Source: Phoronis australis | Taxonomy: Eukaryota; Animalia; Phoronida | NCBI GenBank assembly: GCA_002633005.1 | Contig: NMRA01000483.1 | Location: 113,964-177,963, forward strand | Direction of reading: 5' to 3' | DNA length: 64,000 nucleotides | Part shown: positions 52,443 through 64,000 of the stretch, one piece after another | Position numbering within the stretch: position 1 is the first letter of the stretch | Layout: each line of letters starts with the position of its first letter | Notes under the pieces: model-generated | Seen by the model: only the letters and a program-made list of their open reading frames with translations | What the model was told of the DNA's origin: nothing | Databases searched by the model: none | Translations under genes and position numbers: made by a program

Positions 52443-52540
52443 CTCAGGGCTTGTATGCATTTCCTCACTAACACATACAGGGTTGAGTACACCCAATAAA
52501 CTCATCCAAGTTTCTTCAAACTGTTGGCGACTGGTCCAGC
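52443..52540 (-). CDS. HTT: HTT exon
   Basis: GWTSRQQFEETWMSLLGVL...SPE. Confidence 0.96.
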
Positions 52541-53098
52541 CTAAATATGAAGTACAGTTCAAAAGAAATCCAAATTGTAATGTGTCAAAGAATGACATTT
52601 AAAAGAAGATTATGACAAAAGCTTAAATTAATGTTATTCAACAAAAAATGGCATTTCAGGTGCCAAAGATCTCACAAAATGGATAATCACATGCTCAAGG
52701 TCATCAGAAAAAAATGCCTTGTAATACAGCATAAAATTACAGAGTTCAAGTCAATTCATAGTCATTCCTTTCAATTCACGATGTGAAATGCAGCAAGCGG
52801 CTTGTGACAAAAGGATAACTGCCATCACTACTTACCTGTGACACTGTCTTAACACCATAGCCTCAAAACTTTGTTCAGTGCACAAGAAGGGATTGCAACA
52901 AACGACGGACCATGATGGAAATAAGTTTTCATGACTTTTTCCTGCCTTCCATACATCAAATGTCCTTTTCATTTATTTTTAATTTAGTTTTATTTGTTTG
53001 AATGAACATCTTTCTTAGTATGTTGTATTGAGTTGTAATGTAATGAATTATTCAATAACTGTTAAATCAATCACTCAAAGAACCTGAGCTGTGCTTAC

Positions 53099-53275
53099 CC
53101 AAACTAAGTGCCCTAAACATGAACTCCTGCAGAACGTCTTTTTCTTGCAAGAACTCCACAGGAAGTGGTGGCAACTTGACAATTTCACCTCCAGACAATG
53201 AAGGGTTCCAACCATATCTCCACACGCTGGAGGCAGTGCGTGCAAAAGCATTGACTGCAGGCAGTCTTGCTAATC
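53099..53275 (-). CDS. HTT: HTT exon
   Basis: GLARLPAVNAFART...VWRYGWNP...PVEFLQEKDVLQEF. Confidence 0.96.
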
Positions 53276-53775
53276 CTAAATATATTAAACACATGTTTGA
53301 CATTTCGCCTCTGTCATATATCTCTGAAAGTACCACGATTCGCTGCGTGAAACCATAGACTTCTATAATATTATGCAAGTTTCATGGTGATACTATATTT
53401 CAAAATAATATGAAACGGGGTTGTATTTCACCTTACATTACTCTGACAAGTGATTATAGAATCTCCGATGGAAAGTCATAATCGTAGTTTGTAACAAATT
53501 TGAGAAATTTGCAATATTTGTCATCCCAAATTCAAGGGCACTATTAGAAACAAGTAAATGCTCACCATTACTTCCCAATTTAATTCATACACTGTTATGC
53601 AAAACACACACTGGACCACAACTTGTGAGAACTGATACATACAAAAGTCCCTCATGTTCAGATTCAAAATATCCAATTTTAGTTTGGAATTCGTTATCCC
53701 AAATTTTGGAGACTGTCTGAAACTGGAAAATTTTTACTGTATACTGGAAGTGTTTCAAGTGCTTTTAACTCTTAC

Positions 53776-53901
53776 CAACAATGACTCTCTGTAATGGACA
53801 TAGAAGGAAATGAGGTAGCTTTGAGGACTTGTCTTTCAGCCTAGTATTCAAACAGTATACAAGATCTGACACTTGTTGGCAAGTACGGTGAAGTGTCGAA
53901 C
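53776..53901 (-). CDS. HTT: HTT exon
   Basis: STLHRTCQQVSDLVYCL...LPHFLLCPLQRVIV; gcAG / GTAAGA; phase 1-1. Confidence 0.88.
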
Positions 53902-54335
53902 CTGCAAATAGTTTTAACATGATGCCTTACTCTGAAGCACCGACAGCTGGCGTCCAAAAATTTTAATTTAGACCTTGTTAACAGAATGTTAACTTAGAAT
54001 TCTGGTTTAGCATACAAGAGAGCTTCAATTAGTCAGTCAGTTTTACAGAGGACACTAAAGGAAAAAATTCTTAATGTACCATCAGATGGGTACTTTTGTG
54101 AGAGTCTGGGAGAACAAGCACAAAGTGTCCAAATTGTCCCCTGCCAACTGACAGAATCCACATATCTTCATTTTACGTGGTAATGAATTTCAGTGCAAGC
54201 CATATGGATGTATTTGCAACACTTTATTTCCAACATATCTGAGCAAAAGATAACTCAATTACAGTTCCCTATGACATTTTTGGGAAATCAGCAGCACTAC
54301 AGAAAAAAATAATTTAAAGTGAATGGACTCCTTAC

Positions 54336-54401
54336 CCATTGTGCCATTTAAAGGAGGGATTCTAGCACACGGTGTCAGCTCTTCTCCAGGTACCAATAGC
54401 A
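54336..54401 (-). CDS. HTT: HTT small exon
   Basis: MLLVPGEELTPCARIPPLNGTM (cf. AVQPGEQLL); gcAG / GTAAGG; phase 1-1. Confidence 0.8.
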
Positions 54402-55433
54402 CTGCACAGAAGAACCAAGAGAGATTACTGTAAACAAATCAAACTATGGACAATTCAATGATTCTGCTACTAATAGAATCTAACAGAATCTACTCGACTC
54501 ATCACTCATATCAGCTCCGATGGATTTAAGGTTTGGGTGGCTCCATGCATTTTTGTTACAGGTGTTTAGTATTTCAGAATTTTGCAACATGATTGTATCA
54601 TCCGAAAGGAATTGCAAAGGAAAACTTGAAATGCAAAGACTTTCTTGAGCAGAGCAACTGTTGATTGCATTTAGCCAAAAGTCATCTCTAATTTACTGGA
54701 CAGGTGTATATGGCTTTACTCCACACAAAAGGACCTTAGTTCAGCTTTCCTGATAAACAGCCCTCTTGGTGACAGCAGTTCGTCTACGGCGAAGTATGTT
54801 TCATGAAACAAGACAAGTTTCTGTTAATGAAATGTTTTTCGCTAATTTTTCAAACACTACGTTAAGCAGCAAAAGTGGAATCCAGCACTAGATCGTAATC
54901 AGCTGATCGCATCTGTCTGAGTAAAGCCAACTATCCTCGCTCGAATACAACTGAATAGAGAGATCTCGTTGATCAAAAGCCAACCACCTGCATACAACTA
55001 GTTAGGCCGACTTGCTAAAACCCAAAACTTTGCAAAGACTTTTCAGTTTGGCAATGTTCATAGCATGGCATTTGAATCTGAGGTTTGGGTGGATGTTTAG
55101 TGAATGAAAACATTATTCAGGGTGTGTTTCATGAAAAATAATTCTTAAAAAGACTAAAACAGAAATTTGGTCTTACTGAATATGGGTTTAACCATCGTGC
55201 ACACATCAATACCAAGACATAATTTATACACATTAACTCTGTCAGTAACTAAAAGTTATGGGTATATTCTCAGAGACTTTTATGTTTTTGAGATTAAACT
55301 ATTCTTCAGAAATACCTGTTTGGAGTGCAAGACCAAACTTGTGATGCAAATCTTCTGTCACTTTTCATGAAACAGACCCCAGATCGAATATAGGGTTTGA
55401 ATAAACATATCAAATGAAGGCAATGATACTAAC

Positions 55434-55611
55434 TTGCACTCAAAAGTTGATACAAACAGTTGACAGTAGAGCAGACATAAGTTATATAAGACTCGTGGCT
55501 AATCACATCTGTACACTGGTGATTCTGCAGCACTGCAGACAGACAACTGAGAGAGACAGCTAGCTGCTCTGTGACTGATGTATGCTCTTCCTTCCACAGC
55601 TTATGGACAGC
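55434..55611 (-). CDS. HTT: HTT exon
   Basis: AVHKLW...LSCLSAVLQ...YITYVCSTVNCLYQLL. Confidence 0.85.
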
Positions 55612-55793
55612 CTGGAAACAAATTCTCATAAAATTAGTAAAGAATTATCTTTGGTTAATAGAGTAAAGAATTATCTTTAGTTAACAGATGTCACTAAAAG
55701 GTCACAAGGCTTTCTGCACCACCTACACTTCACATTAACAGTTCTTTATGACAATTAAAATTCAATAAATTTTAAACAATTCTCCTATCCTAC

Positions 55794-55980
55794 CTCCACA
55801 GAACAAAATGCCACACAACAGACATCTCTGACGGCCTCATCGGGAATATGTTTGAGTCCAGGTAATATGTTGAGTGATCGGAAATACTCCAGGAGAGCAG
55901 ACGTAAAATCTGATATGCTAGACATCCAACAGGGGTCACCGGCTACTTCTTCCAGACTGCTACTGTACTCGCCTGCATCG
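55794..55980 (-). CDS. HTT: HTT exon
   Basis: DAGEYSSSLEEVAGDP...ALLEY...LP..KHIPDEAVRDV..SVE; acceptor catAG at 55982-55981 is required by phase. Confidence 0.8.
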
Positions 55981-56990
55981 CTATGAATAGACAACTATCC
56001 AGTTAAATTCAAAAATGTCTGCACACTTTGCAATTTTGGAATACTGATGGCAAGTAATACATTGCCCAAATGCCAATTGAAACTAGTCAATGTATTTCAC
56101 ACTGAAAATAAATGTTTTATTTTGTACAGTGTCAATAAAGACGCTTTTGATTGCATCTGCTATTTAGATTTTAGTTCTAAAATAATGTGGTGTAATATTT
56201 TGTTGTTTTTTGCACAAAAATGGGTAGCGATAATGTTGTCAATACAAGAATGAAATTCATCCATTGGTCTTGGAATTCATCAGATACGTTGCCATAGTTC
56301 CTCATGGCAGCCAGACCTGAAACTGACATTACTTGATACAGTAATTTTCAAAGAGACTTGACTGATTTGATAGAATTCTGTCAGATTCTGCCACACTTGG
56401 ACGAACTTCTAGCCAGAATTATTGGAAATTAAGTAAAAAAATTGCCAGAATAAAATGTTATTTTTAAAATTTGGTTAGAATTCAATGTGATGTTACTCTA
56501 TCAAAAACCTAATTGTTATTAAAATGGACTAACTGAGTTGTTGCGATTTGTCAAAGTGCATGGGGAGTTTGATGATAATTTGTCTGAATTGAAATGTGTT
56601 TTAGGCAAAAAGAAATATATTCAGTTCCAAAAGACCTGTTCAGCAGAAGCAGTCAAATATTTAATAAATAGCCAAAATACACAACGTAATTTTCCTGACA
56701 TGTTTAGTGGTGCACTCCTCATTCTCAAAGGTACATAAACGAGCATAAGAGGCTTGTTTACCCATCTTGCGTTTTGACCCATCACATCTCACACCTACAT
56801 GACCTTTTACCCTTGTGTTATTGACCTATCATGTCTCACATCTGCATTGACCTCTTACTTGTTACCTTGACCTTTACATCGTGCTGGTTCTTCCTTTGAG
56901 AATGAAGAGTACACCTCGAAACATGTCACGAAAATGTTGTGTTTACTAAATATTTATTTGCAGTTTTGCACCTTGAAGCTTTGTTGTGTG

Positions 56991-58053
56991 TTAACACAAT
57001 TTAGTATATTTTGAAATCTACCTGGTAAGGACTTATGGGAGAACGTAATTTGGTGTTTTGTGAATAAATCGAATAAACTGACACATTCGACCAGCAAAAC
57101 GTAATAAACGTACTAAGTGTGTATGCATGAGTGCGTGTGTGCTTGGATGTGTGTGTGCATGGGTGCGTGTGTGTGTATGTGCATGCGTTTCAAACAGTTG
57201 TCTTGAAGTCATAAAGCAGTGGTTCTTTCAAAATTCAATGCAATGGATTTTTAGTATAGGTGATTACAGAAACCCATCTGAGAACTCTAAAACTTCCATA
57301 ACATTTATTCAGTTGAATGTAGTTAGTAATTCAAATTCTGCACCAAAAATGAACTTGAATAATCCCGACGTCTCACGACCATTCACATTTATCACATTTT
57401 ATTTTTAAATAAAAATTTATTACCGATTAAGCAAAAAGATTTAGAGTTCATAAATTGATAAAACATTTAAAAAGCATATNGTATACTGTACATCAAGAAT
57501 TAAAGATTAGGATGATATGAAAATGTAAAAAACAGTCAAAATTAATTTTTTTGTGTATCCACCTACCTTAACACAATTTAGTATATTTTGAAATCTACCT
57601 GGTAAGGACTTATGGGAGAACGTAATTTGGTGTTTTGTGAATAAATCGAATAAACTGACACATTCGACCAGCAAAACGTAATAAACGTACTACGTGTGCA
57701 TGCATGAGTGCGTGTGTGCTTGGATGTGTGTGTGCATGGGTGCGTGTGTGTATATGTGCATGTGTTTCAAACAGTTGTCTTGAAGTCATAAAGCAGTGGT
57801 TCTTTCAAAATTCAATGCAATGGATTTTTAGTATAGGTGATTACAGAAACCCATCTGAGAACTCTAAAACTTCCATAACATTTATTCAGTTGAATGTAGT
57901 TAGTAATTCAAATTCTGCACCAAAAATGAACTTGAATAATCCCGACGTCTCACGACCATTCACATTTATCACATTTTATTTTTAAATAAAAATTTATTAC
58001 CGATTAAGCAAAAAGATTTAGAGTTCCTAAATTGATAAAACATTTAAAAAGCA
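56991..58053. repeat. Near-identical ~486-bp direct duplication across a single N (probable contig-join or haplotype artefact)
   Basis: 56991-57476 repeated at 57568-58053 with a few substitutions; N at 57480. Confidence 0.85.
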
Positions 58054-58376
58054 TTATTTTAAAGCTAATCACCTGAGGACCGTCACCTTATCAAATGTAC
58101 AGTCAGTCACATGATTGGCTAAAAAATTTGCAGAATCACAATAACCAGGAAGAGGTATGCTGTGACTCAATGCCCAGCAAATGCATTCTGCCAATTTGTC
58201 ATTGTTTGTATCTCCTATAAATCGAACATGGTTTCATCACGATCATAATGTCCTTTATAATTCAAAACGATGTTTCAATTATGAAACATGCAGGAATCCG
58301 TAGATTGATGTTCAAACAATTGCAGAAATGAAATTTCCTTCACAAATACCCCAGACTATTAAAAAAGACAGCTCAC

Positions 58377-58552
58377 CTGTATTGGACAGAACTGTGTGGT
58401 GCAGGCAACATGTTGACAAGGTTATTCAAGTGTCGCAGTAAAGTTAACTGGGCAGCTTGCAGCAGAGGATGTTCATTGGTTGGAGTCTCTGAAGCCAAGG
58501 CCAACTGGGTGCCCAGACGAATGCACTCAGCCAACAGGGGGAGGTGAAACTC
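58377..58552 (-). CDS. HTT: HTT exon
   Basis: EFHLPLLAECIRLG...PLLQAAQLTLLRHLNNLVNMLPAPH (cf. EFNLSLLAPCLSLG..LFEAAREVTL). Confidence 0.9.
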
Positions 58553-58760
58553 CTGTTGGCCAGAGGAAAGTGTTTTTTAAAAACGATAAATCCGACTTAC
58601 AGTGATTTATGACAAACTGTAGTAAACTGCCTAAAGACATCAAATTAAAATTATTTGCAAAAAACAACATTACTACAAAATTTGTAGAAAATATATATCT
58701 GAAACTAAATAAGGCGATCCAGATCCTCCCAAGGATACTATTGTTTCAAGAAATGAAGAA

Positions 58761-59141
58761 TATAAATCGGTAAATAAAACAACAAGAATGGATCAACTGA
58801 AATTTGAAATTTTCGGATGTAACAACTTCCTTTATCAACAAAAACAGAAATAAAGTAAAATCAAACACAAAATGACAATTGACATATAAGATATGGTGTA
58901 ATGAAAATGATATATTTTTGCGTAAAAAATTCCATGACATATTTTAAGAAGTTTTTATATTCAATCCATGAGGTTCTATTGTATTCAGTTTGTCTATCCA
59001 ATATTGTTCTCAATTGTTGTCAATTGTCATTTTGTGTTTGATTTTACTTTATTTCTGTTTTTGTTGATAAAGGAAGTTGTTACATCCGAAAATTTCAAAT
59101 TTCAGTTGATCCATTCTTGTTGTTTTACTTACCGATTTATA
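58761..59141. mobile_element. Foldback/MITE: 124-bp near-perfect inverted repeat with 133-bp spacer
   Basis: 58761-58884 is the reverse complement of 59018-59141 (one mismatch seen); TATA at both outer ends. Confidence 0.85.
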
Positions 59142-60055
59142 CAAAATTTGAGGTTGCTAAAACTCTAAAGATCAGTAGCTTGAACACCTTAAAACATTTT
59201 TTAGTTTTCTTCATGTATGTAATTGGTTTTATCTTTGATGAAATAACGACTCAATTAATCTCTTCAATTTTCGCAAAGTGTTGTATGTAAAGCCATTTCC
59301 CAACTAAAGGCACTCCAGATCTCTTTTTCTCTTTGTTACACTGTCTACAGTTAATGGAAGGTAGACTTGTGTGGTACTTTGAACCACCCATACTTTGACA
59401 GAAACAAGTTGCGTAACAGCTTCATTGTCCCACTAGTGTGTTTTGTGGTGATCTCCAATTTGGTTTAAGGCAATCGCTCATGTGAAAAAGATGTTTGATT
59501 AATTTTGGGTTGATGATGGACCAATTAGACATTCACTGGGCAAATAACTCTCTGTGATGAGAAATTTGCAGTAGAACAAAGGTGCAAAATTGCAAATTGA
59601 AGAGTGTTTTATTCTTTGAAATTATTTATTTATTCGTCAACATTCACCAATATTACCTACATTTATTTCAACTCCTGACATTTTAAACCAGTTTCAAAAC
59701 AACATGGCGAATTTCCCAGACTTTTCCAAAATCTACATACCCCATGTTCATTTAATCGATTTTCTAACTCCTGCGAACATGACCTTTCATTAATACTTTT
59801 TCTACATGAAGAGTAGATAATCATGCATTTTTAGTGGCTTAGAAAACACTGAACTTGCAAATCTTCAGCTTTCATTGACTAAAGAATGACCCACATTTAC
59901 TGCCACAAGAATTTGCCTTGCTTGGGTACCAAGTAATCATCATGTTAACCACATATTAATAACATGGAAAAGTCCATTCAGGCAACCTGTTATTCACCAA
60001 GTATTCAAAACTAACAAAAAATGCAGGGTTCTGACAATAGATGGAGACAGCTGAC

Positions 60056-60172
60056 CTTAGTCATAGTGATGGCCAATATATCAGAGTATGGCAGCTTGCT
60101 GAGTAGAGCAGTAGTCTCACGGGGAGAGAACCCTCGAAAGCACTGGTCCTGAGTGATGGATATATAGAGTTG
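60056..60172 (-). CDS. HTT: HTT exon
   Basis: QLYISITQDQCF...ETTALLSKLPYSDILAITMTK (cf. WYVHLVKSQCW..LVNRIP). Confidence 0.85.
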
Positions 60173-60807
60173 CTGTAAGAAGTTAAAGTATTCAGTCAAC
60201 TAAGCAGATAATTGGATAACAGGACAACCAGACAAAATGGCCAATAGGGGGTGCTGCAGAAGTAAAAATCGACTAGTGTGTGAAGCTGTCTGGCTTTTGA
60301 AAGTGAATTCTTCATAAAAGTTGAGTTAGAATCATTTTTACACAAAGGAATACGACAATATAGGATGCTTTAGAGGTTTCGGTTCTCTGGTATCCATTGA
60401 TGAATGGTTGAATCGTTATGTCGGACAAAGGAGCACGAGAATACTCAAAAGTGGACTAGATTAATATCTGGACTAGCCTCCCGGCATTTTTAGGAGTTAT
60501 ATAGTCGTGGTAATAAAAAGTATTGCATGTGGTCTGATGCACATTATATAAAACGTGCGCAGTAGAGCCCATTCCACCAAACACCTCAATTTCATTTTCA
60601 TATTAAAAACACATAATACATAATGATTATAGACATCCACATGACTTAATAAAACCAAGTTGAGGTGCTGGAGACTTGGTTCAAGAGCCTAGCAGTGGCA
60701 TTCAAATGTACAGCCTTGGCAGACACTCAACCCACAAGGCTACACTGTCTCCTTTAATGGTGGTAAAATGTGGGAGTAGTAAAATATTAGCCATGTTTCA
60801 CTAATAC

Positions 60808-60943
60808 CTTGTCTATGTTGGCACTCTGTGCATCACTGCCAGTGAGTACAAGGGGATGAGTCTTCTCTGGAGATAGAGTAAACGAACTCTCAGGACACAG
60901 GCGTATGCGTAGTTTGTTCAATAAGGAGGACAGCCGTGGGTAT
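60808..60943 (-). CDS. HTT: HTT exon (most 5' one I can support; gene continues to the right)
   Basis: YPRLSSLLNKLR...THPL...NIDK (cf. HQRLYSLLDRFR..SHPL..PDK). Confidence 0.88.
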
Positions 60944-62193
60944 CTACAAATAAAAGACATCCAAGGAAAACCTATCACAAAGTGACAAGCACAATTTTCA
61001 AAAGTGATTATTTTGTTGTGGTTTAGTTTTCTCTTACAAGGATTACACACACTCAGTTTAATGGTCTAATAACAGATACTAAAAACGACTTTCCTGTCAA
61101 GTTCTCTGAAACGTGATACTGCTCTGTAACCCTCAAAAGTTAGGATGAAATTTGAAAACTCCTTTCAAAGTCTGCGGGCAAGTGTGACCTACACTTTTAG
61201 CGAATTACATAGCAACTGTGAGAAAAGACCACCCACCAAGGACTATAATGTCCAATTTTTGAAATACTGAGGGGGGTGTGATGTTTCTGTCAATTCCTGT
61301 TTGCATTAGCAGGTGACAGAACAGGGATTGGTTGAAATCATTAAAACAGGATTCAGTATTCTTTTAAATATCATTATAGAGCCAAGGCAGGGGTTGCCAG
61401 TCAAATCAGATACACATGCCTCAGGTGCACTTAGAACCTCTAAGATTTGTGACTTTTTGGAAAACCTGCCATTTTTGAAAGGCAACGTTAATCACGAAAA
61501 ATAAGTCATTTTTCAGAAATATTGCACTCAAAATAAATATAAAACCAACACATTCAAACCAGCTTCATTAGTCCTTCAAAACAAACTTCCATCAGGCTCC
61601 CTAACCCACGTTTGATGACTTGAAAATTTGCCTCCTCTTGTATGAGCATTGTATGGTGTAGAAAACAAATTTTCAGTTGACCATATTTGACAAACAACAT
61701 TTTTTCAAAATTATAAATGACCAACAGGATGTGCCACAGTAGTCAAATACGTCTAAAAATCCTTTGGTGCCAGCGCAGCCTAACCAAAAACATATGAAAG
61801 TTTAATTTAAAAAATCTGATAATCTCTGATCATGACAATAATCTTGGACAATGACAATCTAAGCAAAAATAGAAGATGTTAAGTAAAGGTAGCTGACTCT
61901 CTGATAAGCAACTGGTTCTGGTGCATTTCCATCACGTACCACACTGTCAGTTTTAGCAAAATTCGTCAAGTCATTTTGCTAAAAAAACTCAAAACAATAA
62001 ATTTATTACGGAAAACTAAAATGGAAAACAGGAGGTGCTTGGTAGTCAGATCTGCTCGATAATGAATTGGTATAGCACACGTTTCGGACAATTTTCGGCA
62101 AAATTGGTGAAGCCATTTTGAAAAAAATTGGTGGACCAGACATTTATTTGTAGCACTAAACTATCATGGCCACTGACTCCATTCATAGAGTAT

Positions 62194-62326
62194 ACAAAAA
62201 TGGTAACATTGGGTGACCTAGTCATTACAAACATGGTCACAATGGGTGAACCTAGTCATTACAAACATGATCACAATGGGTCACCTAGTCATTACAAACA
62301 TGGTCACATTGGGTGACCTAGTCATT
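62194..62326. repeat. 33-bp minisatellite x4
   Basis: Unit acaaacatggtcacawtgggtgacctagtcatt. Confidence 0.9.
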
Positions 62327-64000
62327 ATGTGGAAAGATTTCAGTTCCAACAGAGGCTGGAACCTGAGACCTTCTGCAATAAGCCATCGGAACCACCAGTC
62401 GAAAACAGAAATCAGACTTGAGTTTTGAAGGACCACCTTGTCACATACTTGTAAAATAAAATATTATAAAATAATGATCATCACCGACTCCATACCTGTG
62501 ACATATAATCACTAAGGCCACTTGACGTCATCATGTATGACTCTGTATGGTACCTACTCTATGCATACATAGTACAGGCTCCCATCAAAATGAATAAAAA
62601 CACCAGCATTCATGATGAGTCAGACAGATGCCAAAAAGTGACACCAAATTTGACACTAGCTTGTTTACAACATGCTGGAGCCATCTAAAAATGTGCAAGT
62701 GATGTCTTCTTCTTTAGAGAAGCACAAGTGTCAAATTTCATGAAGGGAACCAAGGGACTTTGTTCAGATGTAGATGAGAAAAAATAAAATTAAAAAATGT
62801 GGCACAGTAGTATCAGATGCATAGTTAAGTCAACATAGGATGTGCTCTTCTTAACAGGAACACACACATCAAATTCCATGGCGATTTCTTGTTAGACCTT
62901 GGTAGATATTGAGGCAGGCACAAAAATAAAACTGCCATTAGGGAGCATAGCAGCACCAAGCTAGACTTGGAAAGTCAACGTCAGCCTAGCCAATACTCAG
63001 CTCTTAAACAAGGCTGAGGGTCTACCAAAGGGCCTTTCAGCACTTGAAATGGATAAAAACCAAAAGAATGTGAGGAAAATTCTTGTTCAGTGTGTTTAGT
63101 ACTAACCAAATAAAGTTCCCCCGACACGTTTAGAAAACCGCAAACGGTCTTACAGGTTATATTTTGCTTCTTTTCACCTTCCTCTAACAACAATGAATCA
63201 AATCGTCTGCGATCTTCTGCCCCTAGTTTTTGACCTAATGATGTTATGTAGTGACCTGAATGCCAGCCAATGAGCCCAGTGAATGTTTTAGTCCAGGAGT
63301 TCACCGATAGATTAAAAAATGCAAATGGCAGAGTGACAAGCAAAAAGTAAAAAGTCGAATCTTTGAGTGAATTATTAAGTTCTTTCGAAGGGCTCGTTTC
63401 CGTGCAATTAAATTCCCCGTTTCACTTAAAATAAAATTAATGTGCTCTCGCAATTGCAATTTTGACGCATGAGGGTTTATGTTTGGCATGCAATTTGAGG
63501 GTGATGTGTATGCACTTGATTCTACATTTTCACTGTGCAGACTTCCAACCCTGTAAAAGGGTTGGTTTACTGACTAACATTAGTCATACTCTCCTCACTT
63601 AAGAAGTCACTGAGAATATCGTTAAACTTCATAACAATCCTCAAACAAACTAGGAAGACACTGCGACGAGTGCAAAAATACAATGGGCATAGCGCCACAT
63701 TTCACGATCCTCTAAACCGTTTGGCAGATAGAGATGCAGACACCAATAAATGGAATGGAAAAAATTACAATTACAGGAGTCAGCTTGGCTTGAAAAATTA
63801 TGGGTCCACTTGATAGAAATACATCTGCCAAATTTCATAAAGAACTACCAGGTGACTGTGGGTAACTGGGTAACTTAAACATGCCACTGACAAGGTAGCA
63901 CAGCAGCAATAATATCCATCCAAAAGTCATTGCCATCTGTCCTCACTTTCATGGGAACACACCTTCCAAATTTCACACAAAGATCCATCAAAAAATTTAG

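Noticed and set aside
56991-58053. Duplicated 93-aa ORFs (57127 and 57704) as a tandem gene pair
   Set aside because: The ORFs start in a GT microsatellite, have no protein features, and the duplication straddles a single N, so an assembly overlap is likely.
58072-58214. Open stretch with splice-like ends (..KLAECICWAL..) as an extra HTT exon
   Set aside because: Phase is incompatible with the upstream exon, and the flanking exons already join in frame.
62485-62555. Possible further HTT exon (..MMTSSGLSDYMSQ)
   Set aside because: Only SSGL resembles HTT, and the best donor gives the wrong phase for the exon at 60943.
62981-63343. 120-aa minus-strand ORF
   Set aside because: No similarity to HTT or any domain I recognise, and no convincing splice sites.

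Overview
Eukaryotic, AT-rich, intron-rich draft-assembly DNA with N gaps at 9297-9966, 14155-14721, 31455-31567, 34325-34496 and 57480. It is most likely from an invertebrate bilaterian (inference). Three spliced host genes can be rebuilt by hand from GT-AG sites and consistent exon phases. (1) ZRANB1/TRABID deubiquitinase, minus strand: first two coding exons, gene runs off the left edge. (2) B4GALT7 xylosylprotein beta-1,4-galactosyltransferase, plus strand: complete, 5 coding exons, 314 aa. (3) Huntingtin (HTT), minus strand: the last ~1,000 aa in 21 exons, with a U12-type GTATCCTT donor on the last intron. The rest is layered mobile DNA: six TTAA-flanked Kolobok-like elements (three keep a THAP start, two of those also a KolX-like start), two CAGGG-ended hAT-like elements with 5- and 6-bp TSDs, Penelope GIY-YIG remnants with minimal hammerhead ribozyme motifs, CR1/L2-group and HERO-like LINE remnants, a tRNA-derived SINE family, a Helentron-like repeat carrying CTCF-consensus motifs, a 124-bp foldback and several minisatellites. 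Family assignments come from motif recognition and recall, not database searches.
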